64,000 nt of DNA, taken from assembly GCF_009914755.1 (NCBI RefSeq), contig NC_060941.1; one strand, 5' to 3'. Shown in pieces: positions 40,801-54,202 of the stretch. Numbering within the stretch: the stretch's first letter is position 1; each line of letters begins with the position of its first letter. The notes beneath the pieces were generated by a model. That model had not been told where the DNA came from and did not search any database. It was given only the letters and a program-made list of their open reading frames with translations. The position numbers and the translations under genes are program-made. Source of the DNA: the human T2T-CHM13v2.0 reference genome, Homo sapiens.

Positions 40801-42699
40801 AGCTCTCATGGAAGCAATACAGTAGCAGAACTGTGTAAGCTTTTTTTTGCTACTCCAAAAAGCATCATGGAGCTGATAGTATAAAGGCTTTGGGGTTACA
40901 GCCATAGCCTGTGAAGTAAGAGACCAATAATTTTCTTCACCATAATAGTCATAATGGTTATTATCACTGTCATTGTTGTAGATATTAATTGAACATCCAG
41001 TTTGTACCAAGCATTATATTCTAAGCATTTTATTTTCCATATCTTCAATTCCTGCTTTACACATGAGAAAACAAGCTGAAATAAGTATATCTTGATTTTA
41101 TAAACTTAGATTGTAAGTTGCATGAGGACAGGGATGCTGTTTTTTGCTTACTATTTTATCCCTAACACGAGCGCTTTGCCTAGCCCAGAGATGGTGGTCA
41201 ATAATCAAATATTGATGAATGTAGTTTATTTGGTTGTAAAATACCTGTAGACCCTCTATTCCTTCAACAGTTGCAAATAATTATTATGAAAGATACATGA
41301 ATTCATGTAAAAGGGGGAAATTTTTGCTTATGAAATGCCTGGACTGATAGTGGCTGGTCAAAGAGAAGCTTATGGCTCATGGTGAGAAACTGTTGAATGT
41401 GAACAGTACTCAAGTTGGAATATAAGCTATTGAGAAGTTTTGTTAAAGGGTGATATGTGGAAAGGAAAAAAGTTAATGTTATGTATTTTTAAAATAGAAA
41501 TGTAGGTGTATAAATATATATATTTATAAATGAAAACTTGATTTATGATACAGAGAACTTCAATGCAAGCAAAAAGATTGTTGCTGGGGTGAATTTCACG
41601 AGCATGTCAAAGTAGGAAAAGAAAGTTGGATATAAAATATTTTAAAAGACATACACTGAAATCTTTTTAAAAATGCTCATAATAATAAAGGACTAGATAG
41701 TGCTGATTTGTATTTGCTTGCTGACAAGTCAGCCAGTAGAATTTTTATTGTTTATGAACAATTAAGGTTGTGATAGATAACTTGAAAGCCGCTGTAATCT
41801 CTGATCATACAATAATTCATTTCACCTTCTCAAAAGCTAAGAAGTTCTTTCTATGAAATCCTACAAAAATCTTTTGGGAATAGAAAGGAAAAAAGATAAA
41901 TATTTAAAATGGTGAATCTCAAAAGCATGGAATCTGTAGTCTCTTTTCTTGATGTATCATAAGTGAGGAATTTTTGGGTGATTTATAAAGGAAGCTTTCA
42001 AGTGAATAAAAGGAAATGCTGATGCCTTTGAAGAACAAACACAGATATGCATGACAGCAGAAGAAAAGAGAGGAAGATGGTGAAGAACTATGAGACCAGA
42101 TATTGAAAATCAGAAATTCACTGAAACATATCCGTTAAGTTCAAGGTGACGAGGGAAGAAAGAGATCAAGTGGGACAAAAGACTGCCTAATACACACATT
42201 CCAGAGTCCATGGAGGTGGGGAGGAAAAAGGGTAAGGATTCTCTTTAGAAAGAATGGATTAAAATTGTGCCAAGAAATAATCTGTTGATAACTAAGAGTC
42301 TTTCTTCTTTCCAGAACTTGTCTGAGGCAACAAAGAGAGCAAAGAGAAAGATAAAGATGGAGTCCTCAAAGAATAAACATGATTAAGAGCAGAGCCCACA
42401 GCTCCAGATGTGAAAACCATGACTCGATTGTCAGTGAGGAGAGACTGGTCCCTGGGGTTTGCTGACCTCCCAGGGAGCAATGCATTTCAGAGAGCTGTCA
42501 GAGCAGTTTTCTTCTTTAAGCCCTGGTTTGTTAATTATTATTTTTTATTATTTAAAAAATGTTTTCTATCGATACATAATATTTGTATATATTTGTGGAG
42601 CAGATTTTAGATTGCAGAATTCAATGGTCTAAGGGAGAAGAGATGAACAAGCTTGATGTAACAAGGAAGGTTAAGAGTGATATTTAAATGGAAAGGGAA

Positions 42700-43237
42700 G
42701 TATATATTTTATTGTTTCCTGTTGCTGTAATAAATTATCAAAAATTGTCATAAACTTATAAACTGGCACATTTATAAACTCACAAACTTATAAACTTATA
42801 AACTGCCTTAAAATAACATGAATTTATTATTTTACAGTTCTGGAGGTCAGAAGTCCAAGATGGGTCTCCCTGGGCTAAAATCAAGGTGTTGGGAGGCTGT
42901 GTTCCTTTCTGGAGGCTCTAACGGGGAATCTGTTCTCTTGCCTTTTCCAACTTCTCAAAGCTGCATGTGTTTCTTGGCTCGTGACTCCACACCACCCTGA
43001 TTTCTGCTTCCATTGTTGCATCTCCTTCTCCGACTCTGACCCTTCTGCCACCCTTTTATGAGGATCCCTGCTGTTAACAATATGTTCATCAAATAATACA
43101 GAGTAATTTCTCCTGCTTAAGATCCTCAACATTATCACATTTGCAAAGTCCCTTTTGCCATCTAAGCTGACATATCCACAGGTTCCCGGTATTGATGTGT
43201 GGACACCTTTGGGGCATGGGCGTTATTCTGCCTACCA
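42700..43237 (-). mobile_element. MLT1D-like LTR (first of an abutting pair)
   Basis: acagttctggaggtcagaagtccaagatgggtctc...ctaaaatcaaggtgttgg...ttattctgcctacca. Confidence 0.88.
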
Positions 43238-43746
43238 GTTTCCTATTGCTTCTGTAACAAATTACCATAAATGAAGTGGTTCAAAACAATGCAGAAGTAT
43301 GATATTATGGTCCTAGACATTAGAAATGCAAAATGGGCTTAAGTGGGCTAAACTCAGGGTGTTGTTAGGAATGCATTCCTTTCTGGAGGCTATAGGGCAG
43401 AATCTATTTCCTTGCCTTTTCCAGTTTCTAGAGGCTACCTGTATTCATTGCTTCGTGGTTTCCTTCCATTTTTAGAGCCAGTAAAGGTCAGTCCAGTCTT
43501 TTTCACATCGCACCACTCTGACACTGACAGTTCTGTATCCCTCTTCCACTTACGAGGACCCTTGTCATTCCATTAGGCCCACCCAGGCAATCCAGGGTAA
43601 TCTTCTGTCTTAAGGTCAACTGATTAGCAACCTCAATTCCATCTGTAACGTTAATTCTCCTTTGCCTTGAAACCTAACGTTTTTACAAGTTCTGGGGATT
43701 AGGACATGGATATATTTGGGTGAGGGTCATTAATTTCCCTGCCACA
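43238..43746 (-). mobile_element. MLT1D-like LTR (second of an abutting pair)
   Basis: gtttcctattgcttctgtaacaaattacca...ttctggggattaggacatgga...ccctgccaca. Confidence 0.88.
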
Positions 43747-44309
43747 AATATTATCCTATCGGAACTCCTAGTTCAAGATACCATTAACTCCATTTTATGG
43801 GTAAAGAAGCCCACTCAGAAGGGAGGTGCCTTACCCAAGGACACAGTTATTTTCGGAAGCAGACTTAGAATAGAACCCAATTCTCTATGACCCCAAAGCT
43901 TGGCTCTTTCCACTGAAAATATTAGATACTGAATGTGACTGAAAATATGCAGTGTCTATCATAGGCTGTAAAGACTGATTAAAATGAGAAGGGTCCTAAA
44001 GAAGAATATGGGAATGTTCCCAAAAGATCAGGGAAAGTCTCTTTTGTTGAGAAGCTTCTGAGAAACTATCAAGCATGCCAAAGAAGAGAGGGAGCAAGAA
44101 ATAATACAGAAAAAAGAAAAATAAAAAAAGATTTCCATAAAGCTTAGGACCAGGCAAAAGATTTGGTGCTTCAAATGCTTCTGCAAATTTTTTTTGATGA
44201 TGTCATCATACTAATGGGAACTGGGAGAAAAGTTCTTTGATCAGTGTTTGCAAATTTCCTAAACCTTGGGTTAGTATCTGACTGCTGTGTTTTATTTGAT
44301 GTTAATGAT

Positions 44310-44692
44310 TGATATAGTTTGGCTCTGTGTCCTCACCCAAATTTCATGTCAAATTGTAATTCCCAATGTTGTGAGACGGACCTGGTGGGAGATGATTGCA
44401 TTATGGGGGTGGATTTTCCCCTTGCTATTCTCATGATAGTGAGTTCTCATGAGATCTAGTTGTTTGAAAGTGTGTAGCACTTCCCCCTTCGCTCTCTCTC
44501 TCTCTCCTGCTCCACCATGGTAAGACATGCTTGCTTCCCTGTCACCTTCCTCTATGATGGTAAGTTTTTGGAAGCATCCCAGCTATGCTCCCTGTACAGC
44601 CTGCAGAACTGTGAGTCAATTAAACCTTTTTTCTTCATGAATGCCCCAGTCTCAGGTAGTTCTTTATAGCAGTGTGAGAACGGACTAATGAA
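44310..44692 (+). mobile_element. MSTA-like solo LTR
   Basis: tgatatagtttggctctgtgtcc...cctgtacagcctgcagaactgtgag...gagaacggactaat; TSD atgat at 44305 and 44693. Confidence 0.93.
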
Positions 44693-46133
44693 ATGATTTA
44701 AACATATTTTATTTTGTCTTTGAAAACTACCAAATTCATTTTGCAAAAACAGTATAAATAAACAAACCAAAATATAATTGTGTGAGAAAATATGAATATA
44801 AATTGATGTTATGTGATTAGCATCTTTATGCTCAATGGGCAGGAAAAGAAACTAAAACCATAAAGGGCAAGAGAGAAAGTTCCCCATGTGGTCTTCATAA
44901 TGGAGTAGGCTTTACATATATCAGACAACAAAGAAGTGGTTTGTAAATAAAGGACAGAGATAGGAGAGACATAAGTTTGTCCAGCCACAACATGTATAGA
45001 TACAATCTTTCTGGCAATAGCAGCATTTAAAGCACATGGATTCTACCAGAGAACTTGGAATATAAACTCCATGAGGACAAGGTCAGTGTCTATTTTGTTC
45101 CCCTTGGATGCTCAAGTTGTAAAGCATAAACATTTATTGAATGGACCAAAATAACATTTCTTCTTCAATAAACATTTATTGAATGGACCAAAGTGAGTTT
45201 AAAAATGCAAACGCACAATAGATTATTTTAAAAAGCAAAGACAATAAAACGTTAATAAGAGTGTAGGTGCAAAAATATATTTTTTAACTGGGGAGAAAAA
45301 AAGGCAGCAGAAGAGAACCAGCTATCCAGAGGTTTTAAAGTTATTGTTGGAGAAAAGACCAAGCCTGATTTTATTGTTCTGTTGTATCTTTGTTGGTATA
45401 CTTCTTCAGGGGTTTCACTGACAGCACAGCCTGGTGTGGCATCAGCCTATGGCTTTGTGTTCACTTTAGTATGAATACAGAAAGCAGACAAATTTGAGGC
45501 ATGGCATCAGTGCAAAGGGACTTGTAATATTCCCTCCAGGTATTGTTAGGAGCTCAATGCTGCTGACGAGGGACCACAGTTTGGATTTTGGAACACCTAT
45601 GGGAAAATAGTGTTTCTCTGAAGTATAAAGATTTTAAAAAGGGAAAGATTTAGATCAGGCAGAAATGAAGTAGAATGAAGCAGATCAGAGGGTACAAAAC
45701 CCAAAAAGCAAATGCTGAATGTTGTTTTCACTTTTATATTTGAGCTGTGCAAACCCAATGTCAAAACCTTTTACACTAAACAATCAGAGAGAATCAAACA
45801 GGAGTATGTATAAATAAGTGCTTTGGGAACCATGAGTTTTACAAGAATGCAAATCACTTATACTTGTGGGTTCTCAATCAATATTTGCTGGTTGGAGATG
45901 GCAGACAAAATTTGTGGATGCTCATCAAAGCCCCAGGCTTTGTGTCAGTGACTGACAACTAAGAATCGGTGTGTGTTGTGTGTGTCTATATGTGAACTTT
46001 TTTTGTGTGTGAGTTTTAACATCACCAAAGAACCTAAAAGGAAACCAAGCATAAAAAGTGCCATTAAAACAATATTAAGGTTCTGACAGATTGAGAAAGG
46101 GAGAGAATTCAGTGTTAAGATTGTCAGTTTTCA

Positions 46134-46323
46134 TTCATTTTAAATACTAATAGAGGATAATTGCATTGAAACAAAGGATAAATGTTTGAGGTGATGTATA
46201 CCCCATTCACCCGGATGTGATTATTATGCGTTGAATGCCTGTGTTAAACTATATCATATAACCCAGAAATATATGCACCCACCATGTACCCACAAAAATT
46301 AAAAATTAAATCCCCTCCAAAAA
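46134..46323 (+). mobile_element. L1MA-type 3' end
   Basis: ggataaatgtttgaggtgat...tgtacccacaaaaattaaaaatt; 17-bp TSD aagattgtca(g/c)ttttca. Confidence 0.88.
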
Positions 46324-46431
46324 AAGATTGTCACTTTTCAACCCAAGAGTCATGAGGGGAATGCATCATAGCACACTCAACCCAGGAAGTCATTAAGTAA
46401 GGTACAACATGAGAAAGATTGCATGCCTCAT

Positions 46432-47071
46432 GCAGAAATAGGAAGCCTCAGAAACTGCTAATGGAAATATGAAATGGTGCAGCTATTTTAGAAAGCAGTC
46501 TGGCAGTTCTTCAAATGATTAAACACGGAGTTACCATATGACCCAGCAATTCTCATCCTAGGTGTATACCCAAAGAGGAATAAAAGTGTACATTGATACA
46601 TAAACTTGAATATTTATAATAGTATTGTTCACAATAGCCAAAAGGCAGAATTGACTCAAGTATCCATCAATGGACTCATGAATAAACATAATGTGGTATA
46701 TTCATACAGTGGAATATTATTCAACTATGAAAAGGAACAGAGTACTGATACATGCTACAACTTGCATAAACCTTGAAAACATTATGCAAAGTGAAAGAAG
46801 CCAGTTACAAAGAGTACATATATTATGTAATTCTTTTCATATAGATGTCCAGAATAGTAAAATCTGCAGAGGCAGAAAGTAGGTTCATGGTTTCTTAGGG
46901 CTGGGTACAGAGAGATGACAGGTTTTATTTGAGGTGACGAAAATGTTCTAACATTGACTGTCATGATATTGTTCATATTTGTGAATGAACTAAAAAACAT
47001 TGAGTTATATACTTTAAATGGATGAATTTTATAGTATGTGAATTATATCTAAATGCAGCTATTTTTTAAAA
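46432..47071 (+). mobile_element. L1MB-type 3' end
   Basis: gagttaccatatgacccagcaattc...tggaatattattca...gatacatgctacaac...tatgtgaattatatct; 18-bp perfect TSD aaagattgcatgcctcat. Confidence 0.9.
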
Positions 47072-47194
47072 AAAGATTGCATGCCTCATCCCAAAGCAGT
47101 ATTCATCAAGGGTGTCCTTTCACCTTCAGTCCACAGTCTCTACAAGTGGCGCCCCATCTCCATCCCTCCAGGCAGCCTGTACTCATGGCTCCTA

Positions 47195-47375
47195 GCAGAG
47201 TTAGAATACTTGGATCTGAATGTCCAGGTTGTATGACCACAGGCGAGTCATATGACATTTTAAGCCTCAGTTTCTTCCTCTGTAAAATGCAAATAGAACC
47301 TGCCTCTTAAGGTAAAGTGTTTTGCAAGTGCCTGGCATATTATACACACATAACAAACAAGAGCTGGCACTATTA
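47195..47375 (+). mobile_element. MIR SINE
   Basis: aagcctcagtttcttcctctgtaaaatg...agtgcctggcata. Confidence 0.75.
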
Positions 47376-47719
47376 TTCACCCATGGCACACTCAGGCATG
47401 CTGAGGCCTGCTTGCCAAATGGGGCCGTCTTGGAGACAGTTCCCACAACAATATTTTGTAGGAACTCTTGGAAATAATTTGTTAAAGTTTTTCATTTGGA
47501 AACTTGAGGTATTTTTGGAGTCTCCAAAATGAAAGGTCGTGTTGGATGGTAGCAGCTGGTGGGAACCTGAAGCTGAAACTGGGTGAGTTTTCATGAGTTC
47601 ACATGGGCGACTTCCTTTCTCTCCTGTTAGCTTTGTTGTTGCTGTCCTATAGAAAGGAGTGAACCTGGACATCAAAGGCTCAAATGTGATTTAACCCTGT
47701 GAGATTATATGCAAATTAG

Positions 47720-47945
47720 CATAACAGAGTGACTATAGTCAATAATAACTTAATTTTACATTTTAAAATAACTTAAAGAGTGTAATTGGATTATTTATAA
47801 CTCAAAGGATAAATGCCTGAGGGGATGCATACCCTATTCTCCATGATGTGCTTATTTCACATTGCATGCCTGTGTCAAAACACCTCATACACCCCATAAA
47901 TAGATACACCTACTATGTACCCAAAAAACTAAAAATAACAAAAAT
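47720..47945 (+). mobile_element. L1MA-type 3' end
   Basis: gtgactatagtcaataataactta...ggataaatgcctgaggggatg...acctactatgtaccca. Confidence 0.88.
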
Positions 47946-49424
47946 TTCAAAATTCTGTCCAGATGCACATTCTTCTAAGGAGAGGGCTTCCAACTCTGAA
48001 AGAAGTTTACGATTTCCCCCCAAATATTTAAGAAACTGAGAGAATAAGTCAAGACATAAGGATTCCAGAACTAAGTAGTCTTTTTTTTTTTAAGTCCTAC
48101 CTGTAAACTTTTTCTTACAAACTTGGCCAAGAAACAAACTTATGTCTTTTGGTGTTTGTTTGTCATTATTTCCTTTATTCATCAAAATTATTTAAGAATT
48201 TTATCATATGATTTACCTTAACAAGAGTAACTAATTTCCAGTAGTGATGAATATAATTTTTTCCCAAATGGATGCAGTAGAAATAGAAATATGACATTAC
48301 AAAGGATTGCAAGACTGTTGCATTTTTTTCCTGCTTATCGTCACTGCTGTTGATTTATATGCCATCAGTGGAGAAGTGTTAACAGCCTGAGTTATTTATC
48401 TGTAACATGGTTTGGGTTCTGAAATTATTCATGCTACTCAAGCACTGAATTCTTAGAAGATGTATACTTTGCTATTTTTCTATCTACTGGTTATGCAGTC
48501 AGGTTTATAAATATGCCATAATGAACGTGCCTGGGAAGAAATGAATTTTTATCAGTGTCTATTATCTGGCAAATATTTTTAAAAAGACTGATTTTTTTTA
48601 ACAAAAGACTAAAACTCATTACTTTTAAAAGCGCATTCTGCATGAAGATGTTGGTTTTATTCTTTTACAAATATTTTCATGGTATGTAGGAAAGTAATTT
48701 TCTAATGGGTATACCTTGAGTAATTTAAGTAAAATAAGTAGAGTCACGCTATTGCCCTAACATCATTTATTCATATATTCATTAAACATTTATTTACTGA
48801 GGGCTGCTATGTCCTGGACCAAGGATAAAACAGTAGAAGGTAGAGAACCTGCTGTAAGGCAGGAGCTCAAACATGTTATTTCCCTTCCCTTGCTATTGGA
48901 TGAAATCACTGTGCCAAAAAATTATGATTCAGAATCGTTAAACGTTATGTAACTGAAATGCATTGGAAGCCGTGGTGTGAATTCAGGGCTGATTTTCAGA
49001 GAGTGTCCATCAGTTTGTAGCAAAGAGAAAATACACAAAAAGTTGAAGGCTTCTATGGGAATTATAAAATTTATGACTTGTTTCTAAGTCAAGGGCAGAG
49101 AGAACATTCCTAAATAAACACTTTTCTCATCTAGACAAAGAGAAGGAACAGAAGACGAAGCTAGCAAGCTTCCCATGATTTCACTGCAATTCATTACGTG
49201 ACCTTCTCCAGCCACACTGGACACCCTTTCACATTTCCTCCCCAGCAATCCAGAAGCCCTGCAACAGCCACCTTTAGGAAATCTTTGCAGTATTAATAAA
49301 AATACTTCTCTGAGCGGGGGGCCAAGTACTTTCTAGGCACCACTAAGGAGAATTACCCAGGCTGAACTAAACTGTATTTTATCCAGATTAAAAAATAAAT
49401 AATATTTATTTATGACCAGTTTAT

Positions 49425-49640
49425 CTCTCTCCCTCCCTTCCTTCCTTCTTTCTTCTCTCTCTCCACCCCTCCCTTCCTTCCCTTTTTCTTTCTCCCACTA
49501 CGTTATATGCTCCTTTGAAGGCACAATCAAGTCAGTCTTTTTTTGTCACAGTATCTTAGCACCAAACAGAGTGCCTGGCATATAGATATTCAATAAATAA
49601 TTGAATGAATGAATGAATGAATGGATGAGTGAATGAATTC
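49425..49640 (+). mobile_element. CT-rich tract followed by an L2 3' end with (TGAA)n tail
   Basis: agtgcctggcatatagatattcaataaataattgaatgaatgaatgaatg. Confidence 0.8.
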
Positions 49641-51454
49641 AGCAAATATCTGTGAAGAGCCTAATATTCATGAAGAATGGTGCTAGGCCCTGGGAGTGGG
49701 GATGGAAAAGGAAATGGATCAAGGATGAAATAAAAGTCCTATGTTAGTGAAAGTCTATGCCCTTCCTATTTAGCCAACATTTGACCTGGGGACTCGGCTT
49801 CTGTAAGTCAGAAGTGCCAGACTTGTGTTCTTTTATACCACATTCTAGCTGCATGAGCTTAGGAAAATTATTGAAATCTCCTTTGGCTTCATGTCCTTGT
49901 TTCTAAAATGAAATAATGTTTACTTGTCTTATTTACCAGGATTGCTGTGAGGATCAATTGATTTAATGTGCATGAACACCTCTGTAAACTATGAAGCTAT
50001 TAGGTTATTTTGGCCTAAACAGGAGATGATGCATACAAAACCACTAATCATTATAAAAGTAAAATGATTATGGCACAACAGAAGTTCAGATAAGATGCCA
50101 TGCATGTGGATCACACTGCAAGAATAGTAATTAGAATAGTGCTGCTAACTCAATAGTACTATCTTCAATATCATACATTAGGAAACTTATTCAGAAAAGC
50201 CCAGGGTCATGCAGCCAATTCTCCTTAGTGGTGCCCAGAAAGCACTGGCCCCAGTTCCAGAGTCATATTTTTATGAGTAGTGCAGATTGGATGGCTAGAT
50301 CTGCTCTTTCATTGAACTCTGTGTCTATTCCAAATTCAGTTCAGTTGGTTAGCATAGAAATATATCAACTATAGAAATATATCAACTAAAAGATAGTGAC
50401 GTTGCTGCCATTTTTCTACCATTTCATTTTTTGATATCCTTCTGGGTTCAAACTTAGATCACACATAGAATACGTATCTTTTCTACACATCCTTAAAGGA
50501 TCTCAAGAGGATCTTCACACATAAATCAGGAGAGGGATAAGCTTGTGTGTCTATTAAATGCTAAAATGATGTTCAAATTATGGAAAATCCTTACATCATT
50601 GGTTCAAGGGAAAAAAGAACTGGACTTCTTGTTCAAATGAACAGGCAGTCAGTTTCAAAGAAGCCGCAGCCAGAGGACTCTAGTTTGTCTTCATCTCCCA
50701 CTCAGGACATTCTGTCAGAATAAAGATGTCATGTTCTCCCAGGAGAAATATATCCTTGGAGAAGGACAGTGCAGGTTAAGCATGTCCATCAGTGTGAGCT
50801 CAGGACATTGTCAACAAGTAGTCTGTTTTCATACACTGCAGCAGGTTACCCTTGTGACCTGGTCTGGGGTTCTCTATGCAGAATTCCCTCTCTCTGCTTC
50901 TGTGGGTGTTGGAGCTGGAAGGAATAGGGTATGTCCCTGCAAATCCTGTTGGCTGCTTTCTTGTGCCACTCAAGTTGAAAAGGGCACATTACATGTGTCC
51001 CTTTGGGGTCTGGGGAATGGGTTCCTGGAAATGACAGTGAAAACCGAATCAGCATTTGTTCCCGGTGGTTCTAGCATAGTACCTTTGAATTGGTGTTCCA
51101 GACGTCCTGCACCTGCATGCCCTCATTTTTTTTTCTTCAAATTCCTTGAAGTCGTGACATGCCTCTGACAATTGTTTTTCTTTTAGCTACTGTACTTTGG
51201 ATTGTTGGCCCCTCCTCTGAGGCTACAGTAAGGCTTATGCTGGCCATTGCAAAAGGATTTTCACTCAACCCACAATTGTCTGCCTATCTTTATCCTCTCC
51301 TTCCTCAGCCATTTCCTGGGAGATGCCTTGACGCTGGGAAAAACGTATGAATTTTGTCATCCTGCTTAATACTTCTTCTTGGCATTTTGGTGGCACTCCC
51401 AGAACATCCCTCAAGAACAGAGACTTCCTGTTAACAGGCTCCTCTGTCTGTTGG

Positions 51455-51615
51455 CCAACTGTGTAACCTTGGGCAAATTTTTAATCTTTCTGTGCTTCAG
51501 TTTTCTCATGAGTAAAGTGGGGAGGATAATAGCATCTACCTCATAGAGTTATTTTGAGGATTAAATAGATTAATACAGATAAAGCATACCTGACTCATAA
51601 TAAGTACTATATGAG
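51455..51615 (+). mobile_element. MIR SINE
   Basis: tgtgtaaccttgggcaaatt...tcagttttctcat...cctcatagagttattttgaggattaaat. Confidence 0.8.
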
Positions 51616-51703
51616 GATAAGATTAAAAAGAAACAACAACAAATACTCTCACTGGCTGGTAAGGGTGCTCATTCTTCCATGCTGTTTGACCAGCCATTAG
51701 ATG

Positions 51704-51846
51704 ACATATACATATGTGTGTGTGTGTGTATGTGTGTGTGTATGTATACATGTAGATATACATATACGTATGGATATATGTCACTATTCAGTGCTGTAAC
51801 ATACACATCTTATGTATATGTATGCTGTAATGTATACATATATATG
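51704..51846. repeat. Compound (TG)/(TA)/(CA) microsatellite
   Basis: Read directly. Confidence 0.9.
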
Positions 51847-52939
51847 TTTAAAATTGAAATATAATTGCAGACAAACTCTGCCGTAAGGTATCAAAGCTTA
51901 ATTAGGGAAGCAGTAAACAGTAAGATGTCATCGAATTTGTTCTTCAGGTTTTATCATGAGTTACAATATGCTTCAAACATCAAGTAAGAACCAACATCTG
52001 CTTCTTGGTCTTTCTCATCCCTAGGGGCAGCAGCGTTTGCCTCAGTCTTATGATTGAATAATGAATTGATTAACGAACAGCAGAACCAGTGTTTCCGCTC
52101 TTTTGTTGTGTCTCCTATTATTCTGTTAGAAATCAAGGTACCATTGGTTATAATGATAATAGAGAGAGTAATTTTGGTTTTCTTCAATGCCTGCTCCATG
52201 CTTGATCTTGTACCAAGCACTTCTCAGCACTTTACACAATAAAATTGTAACCTCTTACTTCCTGCACCTTCCTCAAACTAGGAAACTTCACTTCTTCAGA
52301 AAGAACATACCTTCCACAGATCATCAATGAGCATTGAGGACTACATTGTAGATTTGTAGGAGATGCAGGACAGAGTCTATTTTCCATGCGACACAGCAAA
52401 ATATTTAATAGAAATCCCCTTTTAGATATTTCTGCTCCCTTCTCTCCAAATTCTCTCTTCCCAGTGGTACTTAGATTCTCCTTTCCCTCAATTTCTGTCC
52501 TATGATCTGAAGGAATTAAGTTCACTGAAAACTTGCACACCCCTTTCAGCAAATAAAGCCCCAAAAGTAAGTGGAGCCATCTTCCATAGAATGAAGTAGG
52601 GTCGCTTAATTGCCAGTTGGACATAGTCCTCTAACCCTTAAACCAATGATCAAAGTTTCTTTCCAGTGACTTAGAATCCTCTCCCTAAAAGGAATCCTGA
52701 TGCTAAGAAAAGTAACATTGTTTTCCATACATTTACATACTGGTTAGCAATTGTTTTGAGCACTTACAATGTGCTAACTCCCATGTCTTGAACTTTACAC
52801 CCATTATCATTTATGCTCAATAGCTCTATGTTACCCAACTTTCTTGGAATCAGGTGATGCTTGCTAAACTACCAGGTGGGACACAGTAGAGAGGGGGCTA
52901 AATAGGAGCAGGAGGAGAGAGGGAAAGGGAAGCTAGAGC

Positions 52940-53210
52940 ACACTGGTTCGAAGTATGAGTCCGAAACTAGACTGCAGGGTCTCAAATCCCAGCTCTGTCA
53001 TTTCTTGCTTGTGGGGCCTGCTTGAGTAAACCTTTGTAGAGGTAAATGTTTACCATTGTAAACCTCAGTTTTTTTCTCTTATTCAAATGGAGATCATAAT
53101 TGTACCTATATCATAGAACTGAGATGACAATTAAATGAGATAGTATTTATCGGGTGCTTAGCCCAATGCTTGGCACTGAGTATGAGGTGTTCAACAAATT
53201 ATTTGTTATT
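52940..53210 (+). mobile_element. MIR SINE
   Basis: caaatcccagctctgtca...cctcagttttt...aattaaatgagata...gtgcttagcccaatgcttggcac. Confidence 0.75.
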
Positions 53211-53281
53211 CTTCTTCTTATTATTACTATCCATAGCAGCCTCACGCTGGTCATGTTGATAATTCATTCTTCTATCTGTAG

Positions 53282-53771
<490 letters not shown>

Positions 53772-53815
53772 TTTGTTTTAAAGGGAGAGGGAATAATAAT
53801 GCTTTGCTCTTCCCA

Positions 53816-54202
53816 TGTATTCAAATAAAAACTTGAGGCAAATTAAATTCAGCAGAATTTAACTGAGCAAAGAACTATTCACAAATTGGGCAAACCTCAG
53901 AGCCAGAAGAGGTTCAGAGAGTTCCCCTTTACAACATGGGCGGACAGCATTTATGAAAATGGAAGTGAGGCATAGAAACAGCTTGATTGGTTATAGCTTG
54001 GTGTTTGCCCTATTTGAATAAGGTCTGATCAGTGATGGATTGGAGCTTAGCTGCTGTGATGGGCCAAGACTCAGCTATTTGTTACAAAAGTATACTCCTA
54101 AAGTCGGCTTTCAGTTAGTTTCTGTACTAAGTTAGGTTGCAGTTGTTACATAAGGAATCAAAGTATAGAGTCATTCTCAGGCCAAATTTGGTTCAATTCA
54201 AC
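53816..54202 (-). mobile_element. ERV1 LTR (MER57-family-like)
   Basis: aacttgaggcaaattaaatt...gaggttcagagag...gcttgattggttatagct...aggccaaatttggttcaattcaaca. Confidence 0.7.

Noticed and set aside
45410-45539. Possible Ig-V-like exon (VSLTAQPG / DSTAWCGI) that would complete the receptor hypothesis
   Set aside because: The motifs are in different frames, each frame hits a stop, and the spacing does not fit an Ig domain
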